Of a DNA stretch of 64,000 bases, positions 49,960-59,483 are shown piece after piece. Source of the stretch: Planctomyces sp. (GTDB lineage Bacteria > Planctomycetota > Planctomycetia > Planctomycetales > Planctomycetaceae). The DNA lies in contig JAIXUU010000025.1 in NCBI GenBank assembly GCA_027483405.1, positions 11,072-75,071 on the forward strand, in the 5' to 3' direction. The notes below the pieces were generated by a model. It saw only the letters and a list, made by a program, of their open reading frames with translations. It searched no databases and was not told the DNA's origin. The translations under genes and the position numbers were made by a program. The number at the start of each line of letters is the position of its first letter. The first letter of the stretch is position 1.

Positions 49960-50162
49960 AGTTGTTCACATCCACTCGGTCATCCCATGGCGGGCGGTGA
50001 TGAGTCGCTTGCTCAATCTCGGTGAACCATTGGTGCTCATCAGATGTTAATCGCACGGGACGTGTGCGGTTAAGTCAAAAAATGACTATAACTCAACCAC
50101 GGCTTCGGTAAAGCGAAACGTGATTTTGATGGAAACTTACTGAAATCACCTTTTCAGGGTGA

Positions 50163-51047
50163 ATGGCTGAATTTCGCCTGTTAACTGCTGTGAAAGTGCG
50201 ATCCGTGGATAATCGAACCCTTATTCGTGTTGGCCATAGCCCTGATCCTGATGATGCCTTCATGTTTCATGCATTGGCGAACGATAAAATTCCGACCGGC
50301 CAGTACGTTTTCACTCACGAACTCCAAGATATCGAGACGCTCAATCAGCGGGCCTTCCGTGGGGAGCTGGAGCTTTCCGCAGTCAGTCTGCATGGTTACG
50401 CCTATTTGACAGACAAATACGCCCTGTGCGCCTGTGGCTGCAGCATGGGAGATAATTATGGCCCCATGGTTGTCGCTCGTCAGCCGATGGAAATTGACGA
50501 TCTGATTGGCAAGAGAATTGCCATCCCTGGAAAGTTGACCACAGCCGTTCTGTCGTTGCGATTACTGCTCGGAGATCGATTTACTCCCGTACTTTATCCC
50601 TTTGACGAAATTCTGAATGTGGTCGAGCGTGGTGAAGTTGATGCAGGGCTGATAATTCATGAAGGCCAGTTGACCTACGCCTCTCAAGGCTTGAGTCTGG
50701 TGGTCGATTTGGGTAAATGGTGGCTGCAGAAGACCGGGCTTCCTTTGCCACTGGGAGGTAATGCCATCCGGCGTGATCTGGGCCGCAAAGCGATGGAAGA
50801 AGTCACGGCTCTGCTCAAACAGAGCATTGTTTATGGTCTTGAACATCGCCAGGAAGCGTTAGGCCACGCCAAGAAGTATGGTCGAGATCTCGATGACCAC
50901 AAGGCTGATGTCTTTGTTGGTATGTACGTGAATGACTGGACGATCGACTTTGGAGATCGCGGCCGTGAGGCTGTGAAATTGCTGCTGGCGAGAGCTTATG
51001 AACACAAACTCATTCCGCATCCGGTCGAGTTAGAGTTCATTGGCTGA
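50163..51047 (+). CDS. mqnD: 1,4-dihydroxy-6-naphthoate synthase (futalosine menaquinone pathway)
   Basis: GHSPDPDDAFMFHAL, DIETLN, G..YGP.VV, IAIPG..TTA, LIIHEG.LTY, LPLPLGG, MYVN..T. Confidence 0.9.
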   Translation: MAEFRLLTAVKVRSVDNRTLIRVGHSPDPDDAFMFHALANDKIPTGQYVFTHELQDIETLNQRAFRGELELSAVSLHGYAYLTDKYALCACGCSMGDNYGPMVVARQPMEIDDLIGKRIAIPGKLTTAVLSLRLLLGDRFTPVLYPFDEILNVVERGEVDAGLIIHEGQLTYASQGLSLVVDLGKWWLQKTGLPLPLGGNAIRRDLGRKAMEEVTALLKQSIVYGLEHRQEALGHAKKYGRDLDDHKADVFVGMYVNDWTIDFGDRGREAVKLLLARAYEHKLIPHPVELEFIG

Positions 51048-51165
51048 TTGCGGGTTCATTTGAATCCGTTTTGTGAGATGTTTTCGTGTGGCATTGGGTA
51101 GTTGGCAGGCAGCAACCCAATGCCACACGAGTTTTCTCTCCTTGAAAGTCTCTCGTCGCTCGTGA

Positions 51166-51254
51166 GCGGCGGGTGGCTGGGGTTGAGTCTTCGAACCCCC
51201 AGCAATCGCCGGCAACAACTGGGGGGTTCGCGAAGACGCTCAACCCGAGCCACC
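51166..51254. repeat. REP-like palindromic element, copy A
   Basis: ggtggctggggttgagtcttcgaacccccag-loop-ctggggggttcgcgaagacgctcaacccgagccacc; near-identical to the reverse complement of 63550-63638. Confidence 0.85.
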
Positions 51255-51497
51255 TCATGCCAAGGAGCGCAGTTAAACCTTAGGCTCAGCATGAGATGAA
51301 CTCATTTGCCATTGATCAATCTTCAGGCTGGAGTTGGGTCATTTGCAGGTTTACATCTCGTGCGATCGGAGAACTCTCCGATCGCACATCTTCAGTCGCT
51401 CATGCGAGGCTGTTGGCTTCATCCATGGCGATGAGTTATGCGAATATGCACGTCGTCGCTACTTGGAAACATAATCCAAGCAGTTAACGACCTGTCA

Positions 51498-53624
51498 TCA
51501 TTTTTGAGCATCAGCGGGCAGTTGCTGAGGAATTTGCCACCGGCTGTCGAGGATCAGATTTTCCACGATTTCTTCCCGGAAGCTGCCGTTTTCCTGCTCT
51601 TCAAAACGAATAACCGCCAGATCTCCCAGACGAGGATATAACTGAGCGTTAGAACCTTTGAACTCAGCTTCATGGAATGTGTGACCACTGTTGATCACAA
51701 CGTATTTGAGCGAATTCAGTGGATTCGGCACAATCATCGCGATGGCATGGTTCTGAGGTGAAAACTCTTTCCCGTTCACGACAATTCTGTCTTTTGTCCA
51801 TTCGATGGGAAGTTGATCGACAATTCGTGCGATCAGTGTGTTTGATCCGGGATCTCCACACAGAATCAGATTCTTGTCCATAAGAATCTCATCACTCAGG
51901 CCGTTATCCACAATTGCCGGCGGTCTCCCGCGCAGCCATCGATCAAACTCCTGCTGACTTCTTTTGAGAGACCAGTTCGTGTAGGCCTCGTGAGCACTAT
52001 TCCATGCCCGCCCGCTCCCCGTCACATGAACGAATGGTTGAGTGAAGGCGTCATCAATGGGGCCTTGCAGGCGATGATGCTTGTGCCTCATGTCATTAAT
52101 CTCGACATCGCGCGAGGCTTTGTACTCCAGTTGTTTCCAACCGTTGCCGCGAAGTTCGTAATACACATCGGGAAGCAAGCCTTCGGCAGCATTTCGTAGA
52201 GGCAGGACCTCACTGCCATCAATCCGGATTGACTCGGCGGCCTGGCGATCCACACTCAGGATCGCCACGTTTTTCGTAGAGACTTCGACAAGGTCAGCGT
52301 CATTTTTAATTTCAGCATCAATCGTCGAAATCTGGTAAGGGAATTCCTGTCGAATGACTTTCAGCCAGTCGGCCTCAGGGTATTTGACTGTCCAGGTCGT
52401 AAAGCGAATCTTCGGATTCAGTGGAAAACGAACGCGCCCCGATTGGCGATATCGATCATGAAAGGCCTGGAACTCCTGTTCGGATTCCGGATGCCATTTG
52501 TGTGCCACCCCCTGCCCGATCAATACCGGGATCTCCACTCCCGCTTCGCGAGCCGCTTTCTGCATGGTCTGTGCGGCCGCGAGTTGAGGATCCTCCGATC
52601 CACCGTAGCCAATCATGGGAACTAATCCCGCATTGGGGGCATAGTCGATCGCATCGTAGATTCGCAACAGCTCTCGACGTGGAGACTCGATGGGCTCTTT
52701 GAGCTTCTGGTAGACAATCGTATCAGCAAAGCCGGCACCAGCTCCTACAGAAGACCATTGATCCGGATGATGGACACCCAGATGCCAGGCACCGGCACCA
52801 CCCATTGAAAATCCCCACAGATTGATTCTCTGATCGTCAATGCGAAATCGCCTGATCACATCCCGGATCGCTTCGAAAACATCTGTCTCGCCTGCCCAGC
52901 GATACGCGTTATTTCCTCTGCCAAAAACTTCCAGACGAAAATGCTTTGGCGACTGCTTGAGAGTCTTGCCCTCATGCTGGTCAATGAATTTCACTTCGTT
53001 CAAATCATTGTCCCGGCCGTGAAGCACAACTTCGAGTGGCCATCGATCCGCGCTTTCCTGCTGATAACCTTCGGGAATCCAGAGCGAATAGGGCTGGATC
53101 GATTCATCGACTTCCGAAACATAACCCAGAACATGCTGTCCACCGGGAGCCAACCAGGGAGCTTCTTTTTTCTCAGCGGCAGCGACTCGATTCAGCCCTT
53201 GTCTGGTGACTCGAACAAGTGCATCTCGTTGAGTGCTGTTGCGAATTTCCTCATGACGCAAAGCCCAGTCAATGGCTTTGGGAAACACCTGAATGTCTGC
53301 AGGCTGGGCAGATCGGGGGAGTTCTAAATCCTTGAGTTGGCTTACCTGTCGCAGCTTCTGGATCTCTTCGATACTCGTCAGTGATGCCGGATCGATCGGC
53401 TCGGGTGGAGCTTTTTTGGTCGTCACCTGTGCGAGAAGATGAGCGTTTGTCGTTGTTGATTGTGCCGCCAGCGGGGTTGTGCAGATGAGGTTCAACACCA
53501 GCAGTCCACAACCACTCAGGCAATGACTCCAGCGGGAAGAGCAACTTATTCGCCACAAGTCTGAGAAGGTGATCCATCCTGTATGAGCAGTCAAAGCCAT
53601 AATGGTTTCTCGAAGAAGTGTCAT
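51498..53624 (-). CDS. Exported alpha/beta-hydrolase (esterase/peptidase S9-like) protein
   Basis: Signal-like N-terminus, L.V.LHG, GE.DV.E, GFSMGG nucleophile elbow, G..H; C-terminal NLILCGDP..N accessory domain. Confidence 0.8.
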   Translation of the reverse strand: MTLLRETIMALTAHTGWITFSDLWRISCSSRWSHCLSGCGLLVLNLICTTPLAAQSTTTNAHLLAQVTTKKAPPEPIDPASLTSIEEIQKLRQVSQLKDLELPRSAQPADIQVFPKAIDWALRHEEIRNSTQRDALVRVTRQGLNRVAAAEKKEAPWLAPGGQHVLGYVSEVDESIQPYSLWIPEGYQQESADRWPLEVVLHGRDNDLNEVKFIDQHEGKTLKQSPKHFRLEVFGRGNNAYRWAGETDVFEAIRDVIRRFRIDDQRINLWGFSMGGAGAWHLGVHHPDQWSSVGAGAGFADTIVYQKLKEPIESPRRELLRIYDAIDYAPNAGLVPMIGYGGSEDPQLAAAQTMQKAAREAGVEIPVLIGQGVAHKWHPESEQEFQAFHDRYRQSGRVRFPLNPKIRFTTWTVKYPEADWLKVIRQEFPYQISTIDAEIKNDADLVEVSTKNVAILSVDRQAAESIRIDGSEVLPLRNAAEGLLPDVYYELRGNGWKQLEYKASRDVEINDMRHKHHRLQGPIDDAFTQPFVHVTGSGRAWNSAHEAYTNWSLKRSQQEFDRWLRGRPPAIVDNGLSDEILMDKNLILCGDPGSNTLIARIVDQLPIEWTKDRIVVNGKEFSPQNHAIAMIVPNPLNSLKYVVINSGHTFHEAEFKGSNAQLYPRLGDLAVIRFEEQENGSFREEIVENLILDSRWQIPQQLPADAQK

Positions 53625-53665
53625 TCAAGTTGTCTGGTTTAATCGAATGGGTGCGGTCAAAAATT

Positions 53666-53899
53666 TCAAGGCGAAGCATCTGGTGAGTTGCGGTCAGTGG
53701 CAAGTTCCGTGGCGACGAAGCCGCACTGTCGATGTGCCCCGTCACAGAAAGGCTTGTTCTGGCTGGCCCCGCAGCGACACAGAGCGATGTTTTTTCCCGG
53801 TGGCAGGTCAAACCGCGAGTATTGATGATCAATGATTGTCACCGGGCCTGTAATGACCAACGGGCCATTTTCGCGAGTGCGAATGACCACTTCGTTCAT
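53666..53899 (-). CDS. CDGSH iron-sulfur domain protein
   Basis: NGPL.I.G...LCRCGASQNKPFCDGAH. Confidence 0.9.
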   Translation of the reverse strand: MNEVVIRTRENGPLVITGPVTIIDHQYSRFDLPPGKNIALCRCGASQNKPFCDGAHRQCGFVATELATDRNSPDASP

Positions 53900-54195
53900 C
53901 TGGGGCTGTGTCTGGAGGGGATCAACTTGAGAATTCATTTCAGATCATCAGACCATGTCGACGGTGTTGTGGGGCCGGAATCGATTTTGGAAATCGACAC
54001 TCGATCTCTGTTATCAACAGATGAGAGCTTAACGAAACCAGCGGCTCAATGCCCTGAAAATTCAAGGGATCGGTCTTAACGATCAAGAGGAGAGACCGTT
54101 GCCGAATCTCACTAAGGTCACAGAGGCAATTTTTGATTTGTGAGCTTGTGGCAAGTTCTGTAGAACAATGCGAAGTTTCCAACAGAAAGTTCAGC

Positions 54196-55332
54196 ATGGC
54201 GAAAGCCTACGTCCCAGGACTGACAATCAGCCGCCAGACCGTCTGGCATTCGAAGCGATTACTGCCGATTCCTGGCGAAGTACTGGCTTCTGTAGGAGAT
54301 GTTGTCAGTGCTCGGCAGGGAGTGGCTCGGGCACAGCTCCCCGGTGAGCCGTACCCAGTCAATATCGCCCGCCTGCTTCAGGTTTCTCCCAGCGATGTCC
54401 CCAAATTCCTTCTCAAGAAATTGGGCGACCCGATTTCGATGGATGAGGAATTGGCATGGACCGGTGGGCTTTTCGGCTGGTCGCCTCGCAGTGTCTGTGC
54501 CCCCTGTGGCGGTGTGGTCGAATCGATTTCTCCCATTACCGGGCAGGTCCTCATTCGCAGTGAACCACAAGTCATCGAGGTGGCTGCTTATTTGAGTGGA
54601 GTTGTGACTGAAGTTGTTCCTCAAGAAGGTGTGGTGGTCACCAGTCGGGCCGCTGTCGTCCAGGGGATATTTGGAATTGGTTCCGAAGCCTATGGCGAAA
54701 TTGTACTCGCTGGCCAATCACCCGAGGAGACTTTGACAGAAGATCGCTTGAATAGCAGTTACCATGGGAAAATTGTCGTTGGCGGCGGTCGCATGACGGA
54801 AGGGGCTGTTCGTAAAGCGGCTCATCTGGGAATCTCAGCTCTGGTTTCGGGAGGGATTGATGATTCCGACTTGCGTGAGATTCTGGGGTATGATCTGGGG
54901 GTCGCGATTACCGGTACTGAAAAACTTGGTACGACTCTGGTCATCACCGAAGGATTTGGTGAAATCCCGATGGCCAGACGAACTTTTGAACTCTTCAAAT
55001 CAAAAGTTGGTTGCTACGGCTCCTGCAATGGGGCCACTCAAATTCGTGCCGGTGTGATGCGGCCCGAAGTCGTGATTCCGGAAGTCGAACAGAACAGTTT
55101 GGCAATCTCGGTAGAAACAGGTCGATCACAGGAACCGGTGTTTTTGACCGATGGTGCAGCCGTACGCATTATTCGTGATCCGTGGTTCGGCGTGATTGGC
55201 AAGGTCTTGAAATTGCCGCATGAACCACTGCTGCTCGATTCGGGTGCGAAAGCACGGGTGTTGATTGTGGCTCTGGCCGATGGTCGTCATGTGACAGTAC
55301 CCCGCGCAAACGTTGAATTGCTGGAGACCTGA
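54196..55332 (+). CDS. Conserved hypothetical soluble protein: barrel-sandwich hybrid N-terminus, alpha/beta core, KOW-like C-terminus
   Basis: R.LPIPGEVL..VGD.V, AP..G.V..IS..TG, GIFG.G.E..G, TL..TEGFG...M, G..VRIIR.P.FG..G.V. Confidence 0.75.
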   Translation: MAKAYVPGLTISRQTVWHSKRLLPIPGEVLASVGDVVSARQGVARAQLPGEPYPVNIARLLQVSPSDVPKFLLKKLGDPISMDEELAWTGGLFGWSPRSVCAPCGGVVESISPITGQVLIRSEPQVIEVAAYLSGVVTEVVPQEGVVVTSRAAVVQGIFGIGSEAYGEIVLAGQSPEETLTEDRLNSSYHGKIVVGGGRMTEGAVRKAAHLGISALVSGGIDDSDLREILGYDLGVAITGTEKLGTTLVITEGFGEIPMARRTFELFKSKVGCYGSCNGATQIRAGVMRPEVVIPEVEQNSLAISVETGRSQEPVFLTDGAAVRIIRDPWFGVIGKVLKLPHEPLLLDSGAKARVLIVALADGRHVTVPRANVELLET

Positions 55333-55335
55333 CCG

Positions 55336-56460
55336 ATGGGATCGTCACATCTTGAATGGTTGTCAGGCACGGTGCACTCCTCAAGCGGTAACGCTTTGCG
55401 TTCCGTTTGGCGATGGTTGAATTGTTCTTTGGCCATGATGTGGGTCTTGGCCATTTGCTCGCTTCCTTTGACTGCGATATCGCAAGCGTCCGAAACGATT
55501 GCCCTGCAGGAAACTCCAGGAGTCCCCTCCACAACTCAGTCTGACGTTCAGTTCGAGTCCTCTTCTGATGTGGTCACTCCTTCAGCAGAGATGGCCACGC
55601 CGCCTGCCAATGAGGCCGCAGATAATCCCCTTGAAGATACGGCCTCGAAGCTATTCTCTGAGAAAAGGTTCTGGTCACTGATTCTGGTGCTGGCGGTCTG
55701 TTTCAGCGTGTTGATCTGCACCTTCCGCGCCAGAATGGGTGCCAAGGTTTATGTCCGACCGATTGCTGGTTTGAAGGCGATTGAAGAAGCTGTGGGGCGG
55801 GCGACCGAAATGGGGCGTCCTGTGTTGTTCGTCCCTGGAATCATGGATTTGAATGAATTGCAGACCGTGGCCGGTCTGAGTGTCCTATCGTCAGTCGCGA
55901 AAGAGTCGGCAGCTTATGAGAACAATGTGCATGTTCCAACGGCCAGGTCACTGGTGATGACGGCTGCTCGTGAAGTGGTTCAGGCGGCATGCATCGAAGC
56001 CGGCAAGCCCGATGTCTACAACGATGACTCGGTTCGATACATCACCGATGAACAGTTTGCTTATGTGGCTGAAGTTTGCGGCTGGACACAGCGGGAAAAG
56101 CCAGCGGCTTGCTTTTATATGGGCCAGTTTTTTGCGGAATCACTACTACTAGCGGAAAATGGGAATTCTGTTGGTGCGATTCAAATTGCCGGGACTGCTG
56201 AATCGTCGCAACTTCCGTTTTTTGTGGCATCGTGTGATTACACACTTCTGGGAGAGGAATTGTTTGCCGCTTCCGCCTATCTTTCTGGTGAGCCACAGCA
56301 ACTGGGGAGTCTGCAGGGACAGGATCTGGGAAAAGCACTGGCAGTGACTTTGCTGTTGGTGGGATGCCTGCTCATCACGTTAGTCCAGTTTAAGGAATTA
56401 GGGCCATACCCCCAAATAGCCTATGACGTTCTGTATCATCAGATTCTGGGGAGAGATTGA
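55336..56460 (+). CDS. DUF6754-like membrane protein
   Basis: Signal/linker, TM, then VR.IAGL.AI.EAVGRATEMGRP.LF..G, G.F.AESL..AE.G, Q.PFF...CDYTL.GEELFAASAYLS, GSL.GQD, C-terminal TM. Confidence 0.7.
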   Translation: MGSSHLEWLSGTVHSSSGNALRSVWRWLNCSLAMMWVLAICSLPLTAISQASETIALQETPGVPSTTQSDVQFESSSDVVTPSAEMATPPANEAADNPLEDTASKLFSEKRFWSLILVLAVCFSVLICTFRARMGAKVYVRPIAGLKAIEEAVGRATEMGRPVLFVPGIMDLNELQTVAGLSVLSSVAKESAAYENNVHVPTARSLVMTAAREVVQAACIEAGKPDVYNDDSVRYITDEQFAYVAEVCGWTQREKPAACFYMGQFFAESLLLAENGNSVGAIQIAGTAESSQLPFFVASCDYTLLGEELFAASAYLSGEPQQLGSLQGQDLGKALAVTLLLVGCLLITLVQFKELGPYPQIAYDVLYHQILGRD

Positions 56461-56592
56461 TTTCGACAGCAATTTGAGATGATTTTCGCTCGACAAGCGT
56501 CCGTTGAATGAAGGCTTTCAACCCGCTTTCTCTGGATACTTCATCCTTAAGTTTTCTTCGGTGAGTCATATTTCGGGAAGATCAAGCGACTG

Positions 56593-57285
56593 ATGTTCAA
56601 ACGGCAAATACCAATGCTGATTGCCATGTTGACCGGACTCATCATGGTGGTTTCATTTTTCTCACCCAGGCTGGAGTGGATGAGCGCCGTTGTGGAGTCG
56701 TGGTTCCTGATCCTGGCAGCCATTGCCATGCTGCTGGGCGGGGCCAATCTCTTCATGCATCATTCGAACCTGATCTACAACCAGAAGCCGGGCTGGGGAT
56801 ACTCCGCACTCACTCTGGCTGGTTTTCTAGTCACCCTCGTCGCGGGTCTATTGAAACTGGGTGTGCCTCTGACGCCTCAGTTTCCGGAATATGCGTGGGC
56901 TGGAAATTTTGAAGATCAGCCGGGAGTCATCTGGTGGCTGTATGAGTACATCATCAAACCATCGACAAGCACGATGTTCGCATTGTTGTCGTTTTTTGTG
57001 GCTTCGGCGGCCTTTCGTGCCTTTCGCGCAAAGAGCACTGAAGCGGCTCTGCTGCTGGTGACGGCTCTCGTGGTGCTGCTGGGGCGATCTTATGCCGGCA
57101 CAATCTTGTCAGCACCCGTTGGCGATGCCTATTCTTTCGCTGCATTGACCGATTTTGTGATCATGAGTGTGATCAATACCTCCGGGCAGAGGGCGATTGT
57201 CATTGGAATTGCACTGGGTGTGGCCGCCACTTCACTGCGGATTCTGCTGGGGATGGATCGCTCGTATCTGGGTGCTGATGAATAG
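56593..57285 (+). CDS. Hypothetical multipass membrane protein (about 6 TM)
   Basis: Hydrophobic throughout; TMFALLSFF.ASAAFRAFR, RAI.IG.ALG.....LR...G.DR.YLG. Confidence 0.75.
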   Translation: MFKRQIPMLIAMLTGLIMVVSFFSPRLEWMSAVVESWFLILAAIAMLLGGANLFMHHSNLIYNQKPGWGYSALTLAGFLVTLVAGLLKLGVPLTPQFPEYAWAGNFEDQPGVIWWLYEYIIKPSTSTMFALLSFFVASAAFRAFRAKSTEAALLLVTALVVLLGRSYAGTILSAPVGDAYSFAALTDFVIMSVINTSGQRAIVIGIALGVAATSLRILLGMDRSYLGADE

Positions 57286-57430
57286 CCAGTATCACCCCTC
57301 TGAGGTACATCCACGATAAAAGTCAGTCCGAGCACTCCCTATCAAGAGGAACCCTGATATCATCTGCATTCCTCGATACTTCTGCCGTCGCAAGAGTTTA
57401 CAAGAAGCTGTGTTCGTCTGAGGATGTGAG

Positions 57431-57958
57431 ATGCTGCGAGTTGGGATCGTGACAATCTCTGATCGTGCCAGCCAGGGCGTTTATGAAGATCGGGGCGGCC
57501 CCGCCATCAGAGAATACCTGGATGATGTTCTTGCGTGTGCGTATGAGGTCGATTACCGCCTGATTGCCGATGAACAGCCTCTGATTGAAGCGACGCTGAT
57601 CGAACTTGCTGATCAATCGAACTGCAGTTTGATTGTGACGACCGGAGGAACCGGGCCTGCCCTGCGGGACGTTACTCCGGAAGCGACAACCGCTGTCTGC
57701 ACAAAGCTGCTCCCTGGTTTTGGAGAGTTAATGCGGAAGGTTTCGCTGGAGAAAGTTCCCACAGCCATCCTTTCGCGACAGACGGCCGGGATTCGCGGTC
57801 GTTCATTGATGATCAATCTCCCCGGACAACCCCGCGCCATTCGTGAATGTCTCGATGGAGTTTTTGCAGCTGTTCCTTATTGCATTGAACTGATTGGCGG
57901 CCCAGTCTTCGACACTCGTCCCGAACGACTCGTGGCTTTCCGTCCCAGGAAATCTTGA
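57431..57958 (+). CDS. mog: Molybdopterin adenylyltransferase
   Basis: TISDRAS.G.YED.GGP, TTGGTGPA.RDVTPEA, PGFGE.MR, LSRQTAG.R, NLPG.P. Confidence 0.95.
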   Translation: MLRVGIVTISDRASQGVYEDRGGPAIREYLDDVLACAYEVDYRLIADEQPLIEATLIELADQSNCSLIVTTGGTGPALRDVTPEATTAVCTKLLPGFGELMRKVSLEKVPTAILSRQTAGIRGRSLMINLPGQPRAIRECLDGVFAAVPYCIELIGGPVFDTRPERLVAFRPRKS

Positions 57959-58047
57959 ATCCTGCAAGGAATGTCGCTTCATCCTGAGATTACACCAAAC
58001 AAATCGTTTACCTGAGTGATACAGATCGACAGCTTTTGAGGTGAAAC

Positions 58048-59481
58048 TTGGCTCGCTACTTCAAATACAAATCTTCAGACGATGTGATTGCCGATGCCGC
58101 CCGGTTGGGTCATCGCCTGGAAGCGACTCAAGATTTATCGCCGCTGTTTCAATCGCTGCCGGTTGGTGGCCGCGAGGTCGGTAACCGATTGTGCATTCAG
58201 CCGATGGAAGGTTGTGATGGAACACCGGCCGGTTTTCCCGATGAGCTGACATTCAGACGCTACGTTCGCTTTGGAGCTGGTGGTGCAAAACTCATCTGGG
58301 GTGAGGCGACGGCGATTGAAGAATGCGGACGGATGAATCCGCGGCAACTGCTGATTTCTGAAGAAACGATGCCCGCGCTGGAAAAGATGCTCAACGATTG
58401 TCGGCTGGCTCATCAAGAGGCGGGCTTCTCAACGGATGATCTGCTGCTCGGTCTGCAATTGACGCATTCCGGCCGCTACAGCTACCGCACACCACTGCTG
58501 GCCATGCGCGACCCGATTCTGGATCTGGTGACCATCGATAAGCAAACGGGGCAACTCGTCGCTGCCGACAAGCCCGTACTGACGGATGCTGAGTTAGAAC
58601 AGATTGGCGAGCTGTATGTTCTGGCGGCCCGCCGGGCTTATCAGATCGGTTGCGATTTTATCGACATCAAGCAGTGCCACCGATATCTGTTATCCGAGCT
58701 TCTGGCAGCCAGAATTCGGCCGGGAAGTTATGGCGGTTGTCTCGAAAATCGAATGCGGCTGGTTCTCGATATGATCAAAGCCATTCGTGCGGAAGTCCCG
58801 AAGCTGATTCTGGCAACGCGTATGAATGTCTTCGATGGTATCCCCTTTAAAGGACAAGGTGAGGAGTTTATAGGGCAGCCGATTCCAGTCACTTTCCCCA
58901 TTGAAACCAGCTTTGGTGCCAGTGCCACCGATCCTTTGCAGATCGACCTGACAGAGCCACTGGAAGTGGTACGGCGGTTGGCGAATGCAGGTATTTCGCT
59001 GATCAATGTCTCAGTCGGGAATCCGTATGCCTGCCCGCATTATGTGCGTCCTGCTGAACAGCCACCAGTCGATGGTTATCACGCCCCCGAACATCCACTT
59101 TTGGGAGTATTGCGGCACTTTGAGGTGACTAAAGAGGTGCAGAAGGCCGCGGGTGCAGTTCCGGTCGTGGGGAGTGGGTATAGCTGGCTGCAGGATTACG
59201 CTTTTGAAGTTGGGGCTGCCAATGTGAAGCAAGGCCGTTGTCAATTTGTGGGGCTGGGGAGAGGTTCACTTTCTCAGCCTGATTTTGCGATCCATCTGGC
59301 GAAGAACGGGGCTTTGAACCGGAAGACCGTCTGTCGAACTTTTTCGTATTGCACAAATCTGATGCGTACCAAGGATCATCCCTGGGGGCAGTACGCCACG
59401 GGTTGCCCGCCCTTTGATAAGGAAGTTTACGGCCCACTCTGGAAAGAGGCAGAAGCTAAACGCAGTGCTGCCAGCAAATAG
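58048..59481 (+). CDS. NADH:flavin oxidoreductase (Old Yellow Enzyme-like)
   Basis: GNR.CIQPMEGCD, GGAKLIW.EA, LQLTHSGR, IDIK.CH.YL.SE.L, YGG..ENR.R, VGLGR. Confidence 0.9.
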   Translation: MARYFKYKSSDDVIADAARLGHRLEATQDLSPLFQSLPVGGREVGNRLCIQPMEGCDGTPAGFPDELTFRRYVRFGAGGAKLIWGEATAIEECGRMNPRQLLISEETMPALEKMLNDCRLAHQEAGFSTDDLLLGLQLTHSGRYSYRTPLLAMRDPILDLVTIDKQTGQLVAADKPVLTDAELEQIGELYVLAARRAYQIGCDFIDIKQCHRYLLSELLAARIRPGSYGGCLENRMRLVLDMIKAIRAEVPKLILATRMNVFDGIPFKGQGEEFIGQPIPVTFPIETSFGASATDPLQIDLTEPLEVVRRLANAGISLINVSVGNPYACPHYVRPAEQPPVDGYHAPEHPLLGVLRHFEVTKEVQKAAGAVPVVGSGYSWLQDYAFEVGAANVKQGRCQFVGLGRGSLSQPDFAIHLAKNGALNRKTVCRTFSYCTNLMRTKDHPWGQYATGCPPFDKEVYGPLWKEAEAKRSAASK

Positions 59482-59483
59482 TT

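Noticed and set aside
57286-57430. Moco riboswitch upstream of mog
   Set aside because: No recognisable conserved structure or terminator; would need an Rfam search.
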